Shown piece after piece: positions 16,627 to 24,352 of a stretch of 64,000 nt of DNA; the first letter of the stretch is position 1; every line of letters begins with the position of its first letter. The stretch spans positions 84,870 to 148,869 of the forward strand of contig CAZZBU010000001.1 of assembly GCA_964652315.1 (NCBI GenBank), in the 5' to 3' direction. The DNA is from an uncultured Bacteroidales bacterium (GTDB lineage Bacteria > Bacteroidota > Bacteroidia > Bacteroidales > JAAAOM01). The translations under genes were made by a program, and so were the position numbers. The notes under the pieces were generated by a model, which did no database searches, was not told where the DNA came from, and saw nothing but the letters and a program-made list of their open reading frames with translations.

Positions 16627-18291
16627 TTAAAACTGAAAATAAATAAACGGCTGCAAATCTGCTGAAACAGACTGGTAAATAATAAATACAACTACGGCGG
16701 AGATGAGGATTTTTGCCCAGATGGGTGTACCAATGAACCAGTCGCGGTACCAGACTTTTGTTCTTTCTGGCAGCCAGTGTACAATAAGTCCGAAGGCCAT
16801 CACAAGGAACACTTTATAATAAGCGCCTATCATGGTCGGTACATTTGCCCAGTCGAAGTTGCCAAACACCTGATTCAGTAAATCATATGTACCCTGCATG
16901 GTTTCACCGCGGAACCAGATGCGCGTAAAGGTGATGAACGTAAAGGTGAAAAATATTTTCCAGGTATTGGCCAGCCAGTGGGTGCTGTGTTCGTAGGGGC
17001 TTACCTTACGCCAGAATTTATACACGACCAGCCCCAGTCCGTTTAAACCGCCCCAAAGCACAAAGGTCCAGCTTGAGCCGTGCCATAAACCGCCCAGCAG
17101 CATGGTCATCATCAGGTTGATGTTGGTGGATACCGTGAGTTTCATTCCCGGAAAAATGCGCGTCAATAGATAAATTACCAAAATGGCACCTCCAAAAATG
17201 GGAAACAGCCATAGATTACCAGCCAGAAGAACGATAAAAGTAAGAATCACCCCCAGGCTAATGTAAGTAAACGCACTGCCACCGCGGTTGCCACCCATAG
17301 GGATGTACAGGTAATCCTTTAGCCACGATGACAAGGACATGTGCCAGCGTTTCCAGAATTCACCCACGTTTTTGGCTTTGTACGGTGAGTTGAAGTTTTT
17401 GGGCAAGTGAAAGCCCATGAGCAGGGCCACGCCAATGGCGATATCCGTATATCCTGAAAAGTCGCAATAGACCTGCAATGAATATCCATACAGTCCCATC
17501 AGGTTTTCAAAACCCGAATAGGATGCCGGATTGGCAAATACACGGTCGATGAGGTTGACCGCAATATAATCACCCACAAACATTTTCTTCATCAACCCCT
17601 TAAGAATAAGGTACATGGCCAGCCCAAATTCCTCCATGCTCAGCGAGTAATTTTTGTATAACTGGGGAATAAAATCCGCTGCCCGCACAATAGGACCGGC
17701 AACAAGCTGGGGGAAGAACGACACATAAAAGCCGAAATCAAGCAGGTTACGGACAGGTTCCACCTTATCGCGGTACACATCAATGGAATAGCTGATGGTC
17801 TGAAAAGTAAAAAAAGAGATGCCAACCGGTGGCAGGATTTGCACAATATCGAAATGCGTGCCCAGCAGCAGGTTCGACCACTTGGCAGCATGAGTAACCA
17901 CTTCGAGGTTGGTTTCAAAGATGGTGTTTATGGTGGTGGTGAAAAAATAATCGTATTTGAAAAAACCAAGGACCGAAAGGTTGAGAAAAATGCTTAGTGC
18001 AAGCCAGAGCTTTTTGGTGAGTCTTTTTTGTGATCCGTAGATGGCCTGCCCGATGTAAAAATCCGTAACTGTGGAGAAGAGCAGGATAAAGAAAAACATC
18101 CCACCGGTTTTGTAGTAAAAGAAAAGGCTTATAAGGAAAAGGTAACCGTTGCGTAAAGATTTATTCTTATATATAAAGGAATAAAACAAGAGTACGACAG
18201 CAAAAAAGGCCCAAAAGAAGAACTGTGTAAAAATTAGCGGCTTCTCCGGGTTGAAGAAAAGAATGTCTTTTATGTGCTGCAGGAGGTCCAT
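16627..18291 (-). CDS. MBOAT-family membrane O-acyltransferase (PatA/AlgI-like)
   Basis: WKRWHMSLSSWLKDYLYIPMGGNRG and GGLWHGSSWTFVLWG motifs. Polytopic. Confidence 0.85.
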   Translation of the reverse strand: MDLLQHIKDILFFNPEKPLIFTQFFFWAFFAVVLLFYSFIYKNKSLRNGYLFLISLFFYYKTGGMFFFILLFSTVTDFYIGQAIYGSQKRLTKKLWLALSIFLNLSVLGFFKYDYFFTTTINTIFETNLEVVTHAAKWSNLLLGTHFDIVQILPPVGISFFTFQTISYSIDVYRDKVEPVRNLLDFGFYVSFFPQLVAGPIVRAADFIPQLYKNYSLSMEEFGLAMYLILKGLMKKMFVGDYIAVNLIDRVFANPASYSGFENLMGLYGYSLQVYCDFSGYTDIAIGVALLMGFHLPKNFNSPYKAKNVGEFWKRWHMSLSSWLKDYLYIPMGGNRGGSAFTYISLGVILTFIVLLAGNLWLFPIFGGAILVIYLLTRIFPGMKLTVSTNINLMMTMLLGGLWHGSSWTFVLWGGLNGLGLVVYKFWRKVSPYEHSTHWLANTWKIFFTFTFITFTRIWFRGETMQGTYDLLNQVFGNFDWANVPTMIGAYYKVFLVMAFGLIVHWLPERTKVWYRDWFIGTPIWAKILISAVVVFIIYQSVSADLQPFIYFQF

Positions 18292-18350
18292 ATGTTATTG
18301 CTGATGCTTATTTTTCATTTTGCGAATATAATGGATTTTATTAGCATTGG

Positions 18351-18399
18351 GCAGGGAGCATGGTGCATGGAGCAGGGAGCAAAGGGTATAGAGAAGCTC
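18351..18399. repeat. Heptad repeat array (7 x 7 bp, GCAnGGA-type)
   Basis: Units are GCAGGGA GCATGGT GCATGGA GCAGGGA GCAAAGG GTATAGA GAAGCTC. Confidence 0.7.
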
Positions 18400-18517
18400 C
18401 TATCAACAAAAAAAATACTTTTACCGGGATTAGTTTTTTCTTGAAAACGCGCTGTAATTAATTGTATCATGCTTAAATAATTTTGCCTAATAATATTAAT
18501 ATCTTGTAATTCAGGTA

Positions 18518-18886
18518 CTATTTTGCGTTGTTTAAAAGATATTTTCTAAAATTGGTGATTCGAGAACTTAAAATCTGCAATCTTTCGAAGAGGCTTTGGC
18601 GTGTATGATCCAATAAAAGATTTCTACGTTCTAGTAGAATGAGCATGTTAGCACATTCGAAGATTGACTTCCTGGCAATAACAAGGAAATTTGCAAAACC
18701 TTTATTTGAAAAAGAACCGCTTCCTTCCGCGATATTATTTGAAATGCTTAAGGCAGCTCCACGAAGCTGTTCACCAAACCGGTATAATTTTTTATTGCTA
18801 ATATCATCAGCGATATTAAACATTTCATCAGCAAGAACAATTCTATCTTGCCATATAGTTAAATCCTCAAATCTGAATTGTTTCAT
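18518..18886 (-). CDS. Four-helix-bundle protein (23S rRNA intervening-sequence protein family; Avd-like fold)
   Basis: 122 aa. FEDLTIWQ...QLRGAALSISNNIAEGSG...F.NFL.IA.GS..E family signature. Confidence 0.85.
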   Translation of the reverse strand: MKQFRFEDLTIWQDRIVLADEMFNIADDISNKKLYRFGEQLRGAALSISNNIAEGSGSFSNKGFANFLVIARKSIFECANMLILLERRNLLLDHTRQSLFERLQILSSRITNFRKYLLNNAK

Positions 18887-18930
18887 GGTTATTTATTTTA
18901 GTTTATCAAAATTATAATCTCAAAATCGAT

Positions 18931-19007
18931 ACCCTATTCCCTTCGCTCCTTGCTGCATATTCCAAGCCCTCTACTCTCTATTCTCTGCCCCATGCATGCC
19001 CTTTGCC
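18931..19007. repeat. Heptad repeat array (11 x 7 bp), inverted relative to 18351-18399
   Basis: Units are ACCCTAT TCCCTTC GCTCCTT GCTGCAT ATTCCAA GCCCTCT ACTCTCT ATTCTCT GCCCCAT GCATGCC CTTTGCC. The array overlaps the last 9 codons of the SGNH gene. Confidence 0.7.
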
Positions 19008-20273
19008 CACTGTCTTTTGCTTTTCCAGATGTTGCCCATAAGCCTTGAGTATTGCATTATGCAGCAGGTCCGCCTTAAACATATACCCCTTCCATGTAAA
19101 ATGTATCTTGTCATAACGTGCCAGGCCAAAACGGTACCAGACGAAAATGGAGTTTAATCCTCCCATGATTTCATAAAAATCCCAGATGCCGGCATTATAC
19201 TCCTCGGCCAGTTCATAAATTACCTGCTGTATTTTTGCCGTGTTTTTATTGATGTATTTCCGGTACAAATAGCTATCGTTTGGAACAGTAAGCAACAGTG
19301 CTGTATTGGGTGCCGCCTTCAGAATGTTTTGAATGAGGGTATCGTAATTCTGTTTGTATACATCCCGGTCGAACCGGCGGGTGTTTCCGTCGTTGGTACC
19401 AATGGAAATTACTACCATATCCGGCTGAACAGCTTTAAGATGAGGCACGAAAAGTTCACTTTTCAGGTAGGAGGGAAGGCTGGCACCGTTAATGCCAATG
19501 GCGTGATATACCAGGCCCGGATCATCAGTCAACAATTCAATTCCGTATAGCTGAAAATAATGTTGGGTACTGTCAATTTGAAGCATTTGCAGCTTAAGCG
19601 TGTCGGTATAATCCCTTAAAGTAAACTCCGAATATCCCAGTTCCTCATTGACCCACATGGAATTAACATTATGAATTGGTGAGGGAATGACCATGTAGCT
19701 TTGCGTATCTATTTCATGATACACCCGTACCCGGTTAAAGTCATAATGTTCCAAAGAATCAATATTCAGGATTATGGTTATCGTGGCCTCCTTGTCAGTC
19801 GTTCGTCCAGTGATACCGGTTAGTCCCAGTTTCAGGTTGTTGATGTTCTGCACGCTCCGCCTGGTTTGCCATTCACCGGTAAACATTCCCTTGTAGTTGG
19901 CGGGATTGTTGGTTTTGGCCATACGGTAAGGGAAAAGTACCCCCCTTCCCCCATTGCCACCGGGCATTATATGTTGCAGGCGTTGCCTGAGCCTGTGGGT
20001 ATATATATCGGCCTGGATATGAGAACCTCCGAGGTGGACAACATTTAATCGTCCTTCGCCTTTAAAGTTGATGCTGTCGTAGCCATTGAAAAATCGCTCA
20101 AAGGCCAGGGAGTCACCAGGAAACTTAATGATGTTTTTTTTATAATGCACAAAATCGTAATACGGCAGGTCAAGCGGGTAATCCGGTGCAAACGGCTGCT
20201 GACCAATTGCTGTATATGAGGTTATAATAATCAGAAATATGGTATTTATCTTTTTAGGAAAACTAAATATCAT
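18978..20273 (-). CDS. SGNH/GDSL-family hydrolase or acyltransferase (PatB/Ape-like candidate)
   Basis: Signal peptide. VVHLGGSHIQ (block I-like), ISIGTNDG (block III) and DKIHFT (block V DxxH) motifs. Confidence 0.7.
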   Translation of the reverse strand: MIFSFPKKINTIFLIIITSYTAIGQQPFAPDYPLDLPYYDFVHYKKNIIKFPGDSLAFERFFNGYDSINFKGEGRLNVVHLGGSHIQADIYTHRLRQRLQHIMPGGNGGRGVLFPYRMAKTNNPANYKGMFTGEWQTRRSVQNINNLKLGLTGITGRTTDKEATITIILNIDSLEHYDFNRVRVYHEIDTQSYMVIPSPIHNVNSMWVNEELGYSEFTLRDYTDTLKLQMLQIDSTQHYFQLYGIELLTDDPGLVYHAIGINGASLPSYLKSELFVPHLKAVQPDMVVISIGTNDGNTRRFDRDVYKQNYDTLIQNILKAAPNTALLLTVPNDSYLYRKYINKNTAKIQQVIYELAEEYNAGIWDFYEIMGGLNSIFVWYRFGLARYDKIHFTWKGYMFKADLLHNAILKAYGQHLEKQKTVGKGHAWGRE

Positions 20274-20309
20274 ATTAAATTAATTGCATTATATATTCTA
20301 TTCTAAATT

Positions 20310-20489
20310 GCTATTTAAATGTTAATAGCATTTTGCACCTATGCACCTTTGCAAGCCATTTCCATTTCAAACTCTTTCGGCGTCTTTGCGTCTTTGCGAG
20401 CCATTTCCATTTCAAACTCTTTCGGCGTCTTTGCGTCTTTGCGAGCCATTTCTGCTTCAAGCCTTTTTAGCGCCTTTGCGTTCACTCCT
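20310..20489. repeat. 45-bp tandem repeat, 4 copies (2 identical central copies, 2 degenerate flanking copies)
   Basis: GCCATTTCCATTTCAAACTCTTTCGGCGTCTTTGCGTCTTTGCGA occurs at 20355-20399 and identically at 20400-20444. Diverged copies are at 20310-20354 and 20445-20489. Confidence 0.9.
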
Positions 20490-21954
20490 AATTCACCCCC
20501 TTCACATACTCATTATACTCATACATCAGTGCATTATAAAACATTTCAGCTACGATGCGGGCACCCCGGTAATTGAAATGTACAAAATCAGTTGATGCCA
20601 GCGATGGTTGTGCAAACACCCAGCTGGGCATGCTGTTGACGCCGCCCATGGCTTCGAACATATCCCAGTATCCTGCTCCCGATTCCAGGGCTGCTTTTTT
20701 TAAGGCATCCCTTACTTTTACCAGGTTTGGGTGGGTGATGTATTTGTTTCCTTCTTTTACCGACATATCTGCAGGACCAATGACGATTATCGGTACATTG
20801 GGCAGTATTTCGTGTAACAAACTCAATTGATTCGAAAACCAGCGTTGATAGATGGCGTGGTTCCTGATATATGGCACAACATTCCCTCCAAACTGCAGGA
20901 TTAAAAGTTTTGGGTTGAGTTTTTTATACATGGCCTTAAGTAGTTCCCGGTTTGTTTTGGTAAATTCAAGGCCCGAGCTTCCACGCAATGCAATGTTATC
21001 CATAGCCAGTCCTGTTTCGCTGTCAAGGGCAATGCCATATATTTCCGGACTGTGGCTGCTGCTGAATCGTATTTCAAGGTTTCTTACAGCCGAATCCATC
21101 GTCCAGGAAAGCACTTTAAGTCCTTTTTGGGTTGGTATGACATCAGCGTCAATCAGCTCGTTCTCAGCATAAAACTCCACCATCAGAGGGGTGCGGATAT
21201 TTCCCAGAAAAAGTTCGCATTTTTCAATATCCCTCACCGACCGGTAGGATTGAATGGCTTCTTCCAAAAGTATCGAAGCCTCGTATGTTGCTGTGTCAGG
21301 TTGAATACTATCCGGCATATAAGGTGTAAACTGCGAGAAACTGGCCAGGGCACCGTATCTGCTATGCATGATGGTGGTGTCTCTGTTGCCATATAAGGTG
21401 TGCCTGTGCCAGTCGCCAAGGTTTGTTTGCTTAATGGAATACTGCCAGTCATAAGGCTGTACTGCTGATATTAATCCGGGCCCTGAGCCGCCAAACTGCC
21501 GCTGTAATTTGTTTCGGATGAAAGCGGTCATCCGGTCACTTTCAATCTGACTGTCACCATAGTGCATGATGCGGATATGCTTGTTATTTTTCGGCAGGGC
21601 AGCAATGCTTCTGAAAAAAGGTTTTAGCAATGATCGCTCCCCTTTTGGAAACTCCATATGATGGATTTGTTTTTTTAGGAGCTGAGCATTAGCACGCACA
21701 GTGTCAAAACCTATCTCCCCGTAATCTTCCTCTAAAGCAAGCAACAGGGTATCGCCAAATTCCTCACTTTGGTCGATAATGTCTGAGATATCTGCATATT
21801 CGATGGTGTCCTGACTAAAAAAATCTTTTGCTGTGGGAAATTTCAGGCTGAAATTATCCGTTACCCGGATGCCGTCCTCCGGAAAATATAACAGTACCAC
21901 AAGGAGCAGCAGAAATACTGAAAGAAAAAACTGTAATGTTTTTTGCGGCTTCAT
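20488..21954 (-). CDS. SGNH/GDSL-family esterase or acyltransferase (PatB/Ape-like candidate)
   Basis: N-terminal signal anchor. IMHYGDSQIE (block I), LQFGGNVV (block III) and TDFVHFN (block V) motifs. Confidence 0.7.
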   Translation of the reverse strand: MKPQKTLQFFLSVFLLLLVVLLYFPEDGIRVTDNFSLKFPTAKDFFSQDTIEYADISDIIDQSEEFGDTLLLALEEDYGEIGFDTVRANAQLLKKQIHHMEFPKGERSLLKPFFRSIAALPKNNKHIRIMHYGDSQIESDRMTAFIRNKLQRQFGGSGPGLISAVQPYDWQYSIKQTNLGDWHRHTLYGNRDTTIMHSRYGALASFSQFTPYMPDSIQPDTATYEASILLEEAIQSYRSVRDIEKCELFLGNIRTPLMVEFYAENELIDADVIPTQKGLKVLSWTMDSAVRNLEIRFSSSHSPEIYGIALDSETGLAMDNIALRGSSGLEFTKTNRELLKAMYKKLNPKLLILQFGGNVVPYIRNHAIYQRWFSNQLSLLHEILPNVPIIVIGPADMSVKEGNKYITHPNLVKVRDALKKAALESGAGYWDMFEAMGGVNSMPSWVFAQPSLASTDFVHFNYRGARIVAEMFYNALMYEYNEYVKGVN

Positions 21955-22026
21955 AATATGCTTGGCCTGAAGGGGATATTATCTGTTAAAGATAAACTTC
22001 AGCATATCAGGCCAGTATCAAATCCA

Positions 22027-23616
22027 TTAATTGATGTTTTTAATTTTTAATTTTTGTCCGGGGCGAATGCTTTCACCGTAGTTAATGCCATTCCATCGCA
22101 TGATGTCGGCATCAGATATGTCCGGATATTTCCTTGCTATTTCCCAGAGGGTGTCTCCGCTTCGCACGGTGTATTCGGTGTAATCATCACCCAAATCGCT
22201 GCCGCTGCTGACGGGTTTTGCGGTGTTCGAAGCCACTGTTGTACCCACCATTTGCTGCTTTTCAGCAAAAGACATAGCATCAATCTTACTTAACGCATCC
22301 GCCTTACCTTTATGCACATAAATGGTGAGTTTCTGACCGGCACGGATGAGGTTCCTGCGGATATTGTTCCAGTACCTCAAATCGCTTTGCCTTACACCAT
22401 ACCATGATGCAATAAACCCAACATTATCACCTGGCTTAACTGTATAAGTAAGCTTTGTATGATTTTTTGTGGGAGGGTTGGGTACATAACCCGCTGAGGT
22501 ATATGCGGCAGGGCTTACAACTTTATTTGGGTTGAAATATATAGTATCATTGTAAGTAAAGATGGAATCCTGAAGGTCAATAAAATTCGATGTTTCTTCA
22601 ACCGGTATCTTCAGGGCCAGGGACATTGATTTTCCGGGGATGATATCGCGTCGGTATTGCGGGTTCATATCGCGCAACATTTCAAGCGGAATGCCTAAGA
22701 CGTTCGAAACCTGTTCCAAATGCAAATCTTCGTTAATCATAATGGTGTCAGTTGCCAGCGGCAGATTAACAGGTTTCGGCTTCAGGTTATGCTCCTTGTA
22801 ATAATGCATTACGTAAGTGGCTGCAATATATGCCGGTACATGCCCACGGGTTTCACGGGGCAGGTAGTAATAAATATCCCAGTAATTGCGTTTTCCGCCT
22901 GAGCGGCGTATGGCTTTGTTTACATTTCCCGGCCCACAATTGTAAGCAGCAATCACCAGGATCCAGTCGCCATAGATGCGATACAAATCCCTGGCAAATC
23001 GTGCTGCCGCATGTGTAGATTTAATCGGGTCACGCCGTTCATCAACATAGGAGTTAACAGTGAGGCCATAGAGCTTGCCAGTGCCATACATAAACTGCCA
23101 AAGGCCCACAGCACGTGCACGGGATAAGGCCCTTGGGTTCAGTGCCGATTCAATAATGGCCATATATTTCATCTCGTTGGGCACATCATAGTAATCAAAA
23201 ATGTCATCAAAAATCGGGAAATAATAATCAGCCAGCCCAAGCATTATCCCCACCTGCTCCCTGCGTTTTTTTGTATATGCTTCAATATAGTTGCGCACAA
23301 TGCGGTTAAAGGATAACTCCACTACTGATGGAATGCGTGAGAGTCTTTCGATGTAAACCGAATCAGGGAATTCAGGCACAATGGTGTCTTGTTCGAGAAT
23401 GTCCACCATATTTGTAGTATCAGAGTCGATAGCCTGCTGAATGTGCCATAAATTTAACAGGCTGTCGAGATTTTCTTCAAAATTATTGACAACCGGTTCA
23501 TCTTTTATATCGTCTCTTACTGAAATGGTTGAATCAGTCCTGGTTGTATCCTGAGCATTTACTGATTGTAAAAATAACGGCACAAACATGTACCAAATCA
23601 AATGTAATTTCCTCAT
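22027..23616 (-). CDS. MltD-like lytic transglycosylase with two C-terminal LysM domains
   Basis: SLT core IIESALNP...AVGLWQFMYGTG...AAYNCGPGNV. Two LysM repeats (YTVKPGDNVGFIASWYG..., YTVRSGDTLWEIARKY...). Confidence 0.85.
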   Translation of the reverse strand: MRKLHLIWYMFVPLFLQSVNAQDTTRTDSTISVRDDIKDEPVVNNFEENLDSLLNLWHIQQAIDSDTTNMVDILEQDTIVPEFPDSVYIERLSRIPSVVELSFNRIVRNYIEAYTKKRREQVGIMLGLADYYFPIFDDIFDYYDVPNEMKYMAIIESALNPRALSRARAVGLWQFMYGTGKLYGLTVNSYVDERRDPIKSTHAAARFARDLYRIYGDWILVIAAYNCGPGNVNKAIRRSGGKRNYWDIYYYLPRETRGHVPAYIAATYVMHYYKEHNLKPKPVNLPLATDTIMINEDLHLEQVSNVLGIPLEMLRDMNPQYRRDIIPGKSMSLALKIPVEETSNFIDLQDSIFTYNDTIYFNPNKVVSPAAYTSAGYVPNPPTKNHTKLTYTVKPGDNVGFIASWYGVRQSDLRYWNNIRRNLIRAGQKLTIYVHKGKADALSKIDAMSFAEKQQMVGTTVASNTAKPVSSGSDLGDDYTEYTVRSGDTLWEIARKYPDISDADIMRWNGINYGESIRPGQKLKIKNIN

Positions 23617-23649
23617 CAGGCCTCCTTTTTTTTAAAAAAATCAAAGATA

Positions 23650-24234
23650 TTAAAAATTGAAACTAAATGTTAAGCCCGTAGCTGGCATGACTGTGGTAAG
23701 TTGCGGGGTTACCGAGGGCGTTATTTTCATGGTCAAATCCTGATCAATATCAAAGGTTAAAAAATGTGCGCTGATGTTCGCCTCAATGATGTTCAGCATG
23801 TAATAGCCCGCTAAAATAATAATACTCATCTCCAGGTACCGGCGGTAATACTCCCTTCCATTTTGTAAATTCCTAAGGTTAAGCTCACGGGGTACAAGTG
23901 GATTGTATCCTTCAAGATTGATGTATGATGAATTGTCCGGATTTTCAGTATAATAATCGCGATAAGCTATGCGATACTTATTGTAGTTATCGTTATTATA
24001 CCAGATGAAATATCCGATCACTCCAAATCCAATGTATACAATAGGTGCTTTCCAGTATTGACGATTGTATATCTGCCCCAATCCTGGCAATGCTGCTGAA
24101 TAGAGCATGGCTTTACGAGGTGAGTGCAAGGCGATTTTAGCGGTATCGGCCTTGTATTTTTTTTGTGCTTCGCATGGTACTAATACCATAAACAATAAAA
24201 CAGCCGGTACGATGAAATATCTATTCTTCAACAC
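23650..24234 (-). CDS. DUF5683-family protein
   Basis: SAALPGLGQIYNRQYWKAPIVYIGFG signature. Conserved position after parB in Bacteroidota. Confidence 0.7.
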   Translation of the reverse strand: MLKNRYFIVPAVLLFMVLVPCEAQKKYKADTAKIALHSPRKAMLYSAALPGLGQIYNRQYWKAPIVYIGFGVIGYFIWYNNDNYNKYRIAYRDYYTENPDNSSYINLEGYNPLVPRELNLRNLQNGREYYRRYLEMSIIILAGYYMLNIIEANISAHFLTFDIDQDLTMKITPSVTPQLTTVMPATGLTFSFNF

Positions 24235-24352
24235 AATATCAATCTTAAAAATTCATCCAAACGTACATAATATTTTTGGAGTAAGTCAATACAGCATACA
24301 AAAATTATGCATAAATAGCCATAGTCGATGAATAATGGATCAGAAAAAAAGA

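Noticed and set aside
18518-18886. The four-helix-bundle gene as the Avd component of a diversity-generating retroelement.
   Set aside because: No reverse transcriptase ORF and no template/variable repeat pair (direct repeats differing at adenines) occur anywhere in the window. The flanking repeats are inverted heptad arrays, not TR/VR.
20310-20489. The 45-bp repeats as a possible CRISPR array.
   Set aside because: The copies are directly contiguous with no unique spacers. The units are not palindromic in the way CRISPR repeats are. No cas genes are present in the window.
20319-20595. Two overlapping plus-strand ORFs that encode internally repeated peptides (e.g. ...AISISNSFGVFASLRAISISNSFGVFASLR...).
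   Set aside because: The repetition is just the translation of the 45-bp DNA tandem repeat (45 is a multiple of 3). There are no start signals, and the ORFs run into the antisense of the SGNH gene.
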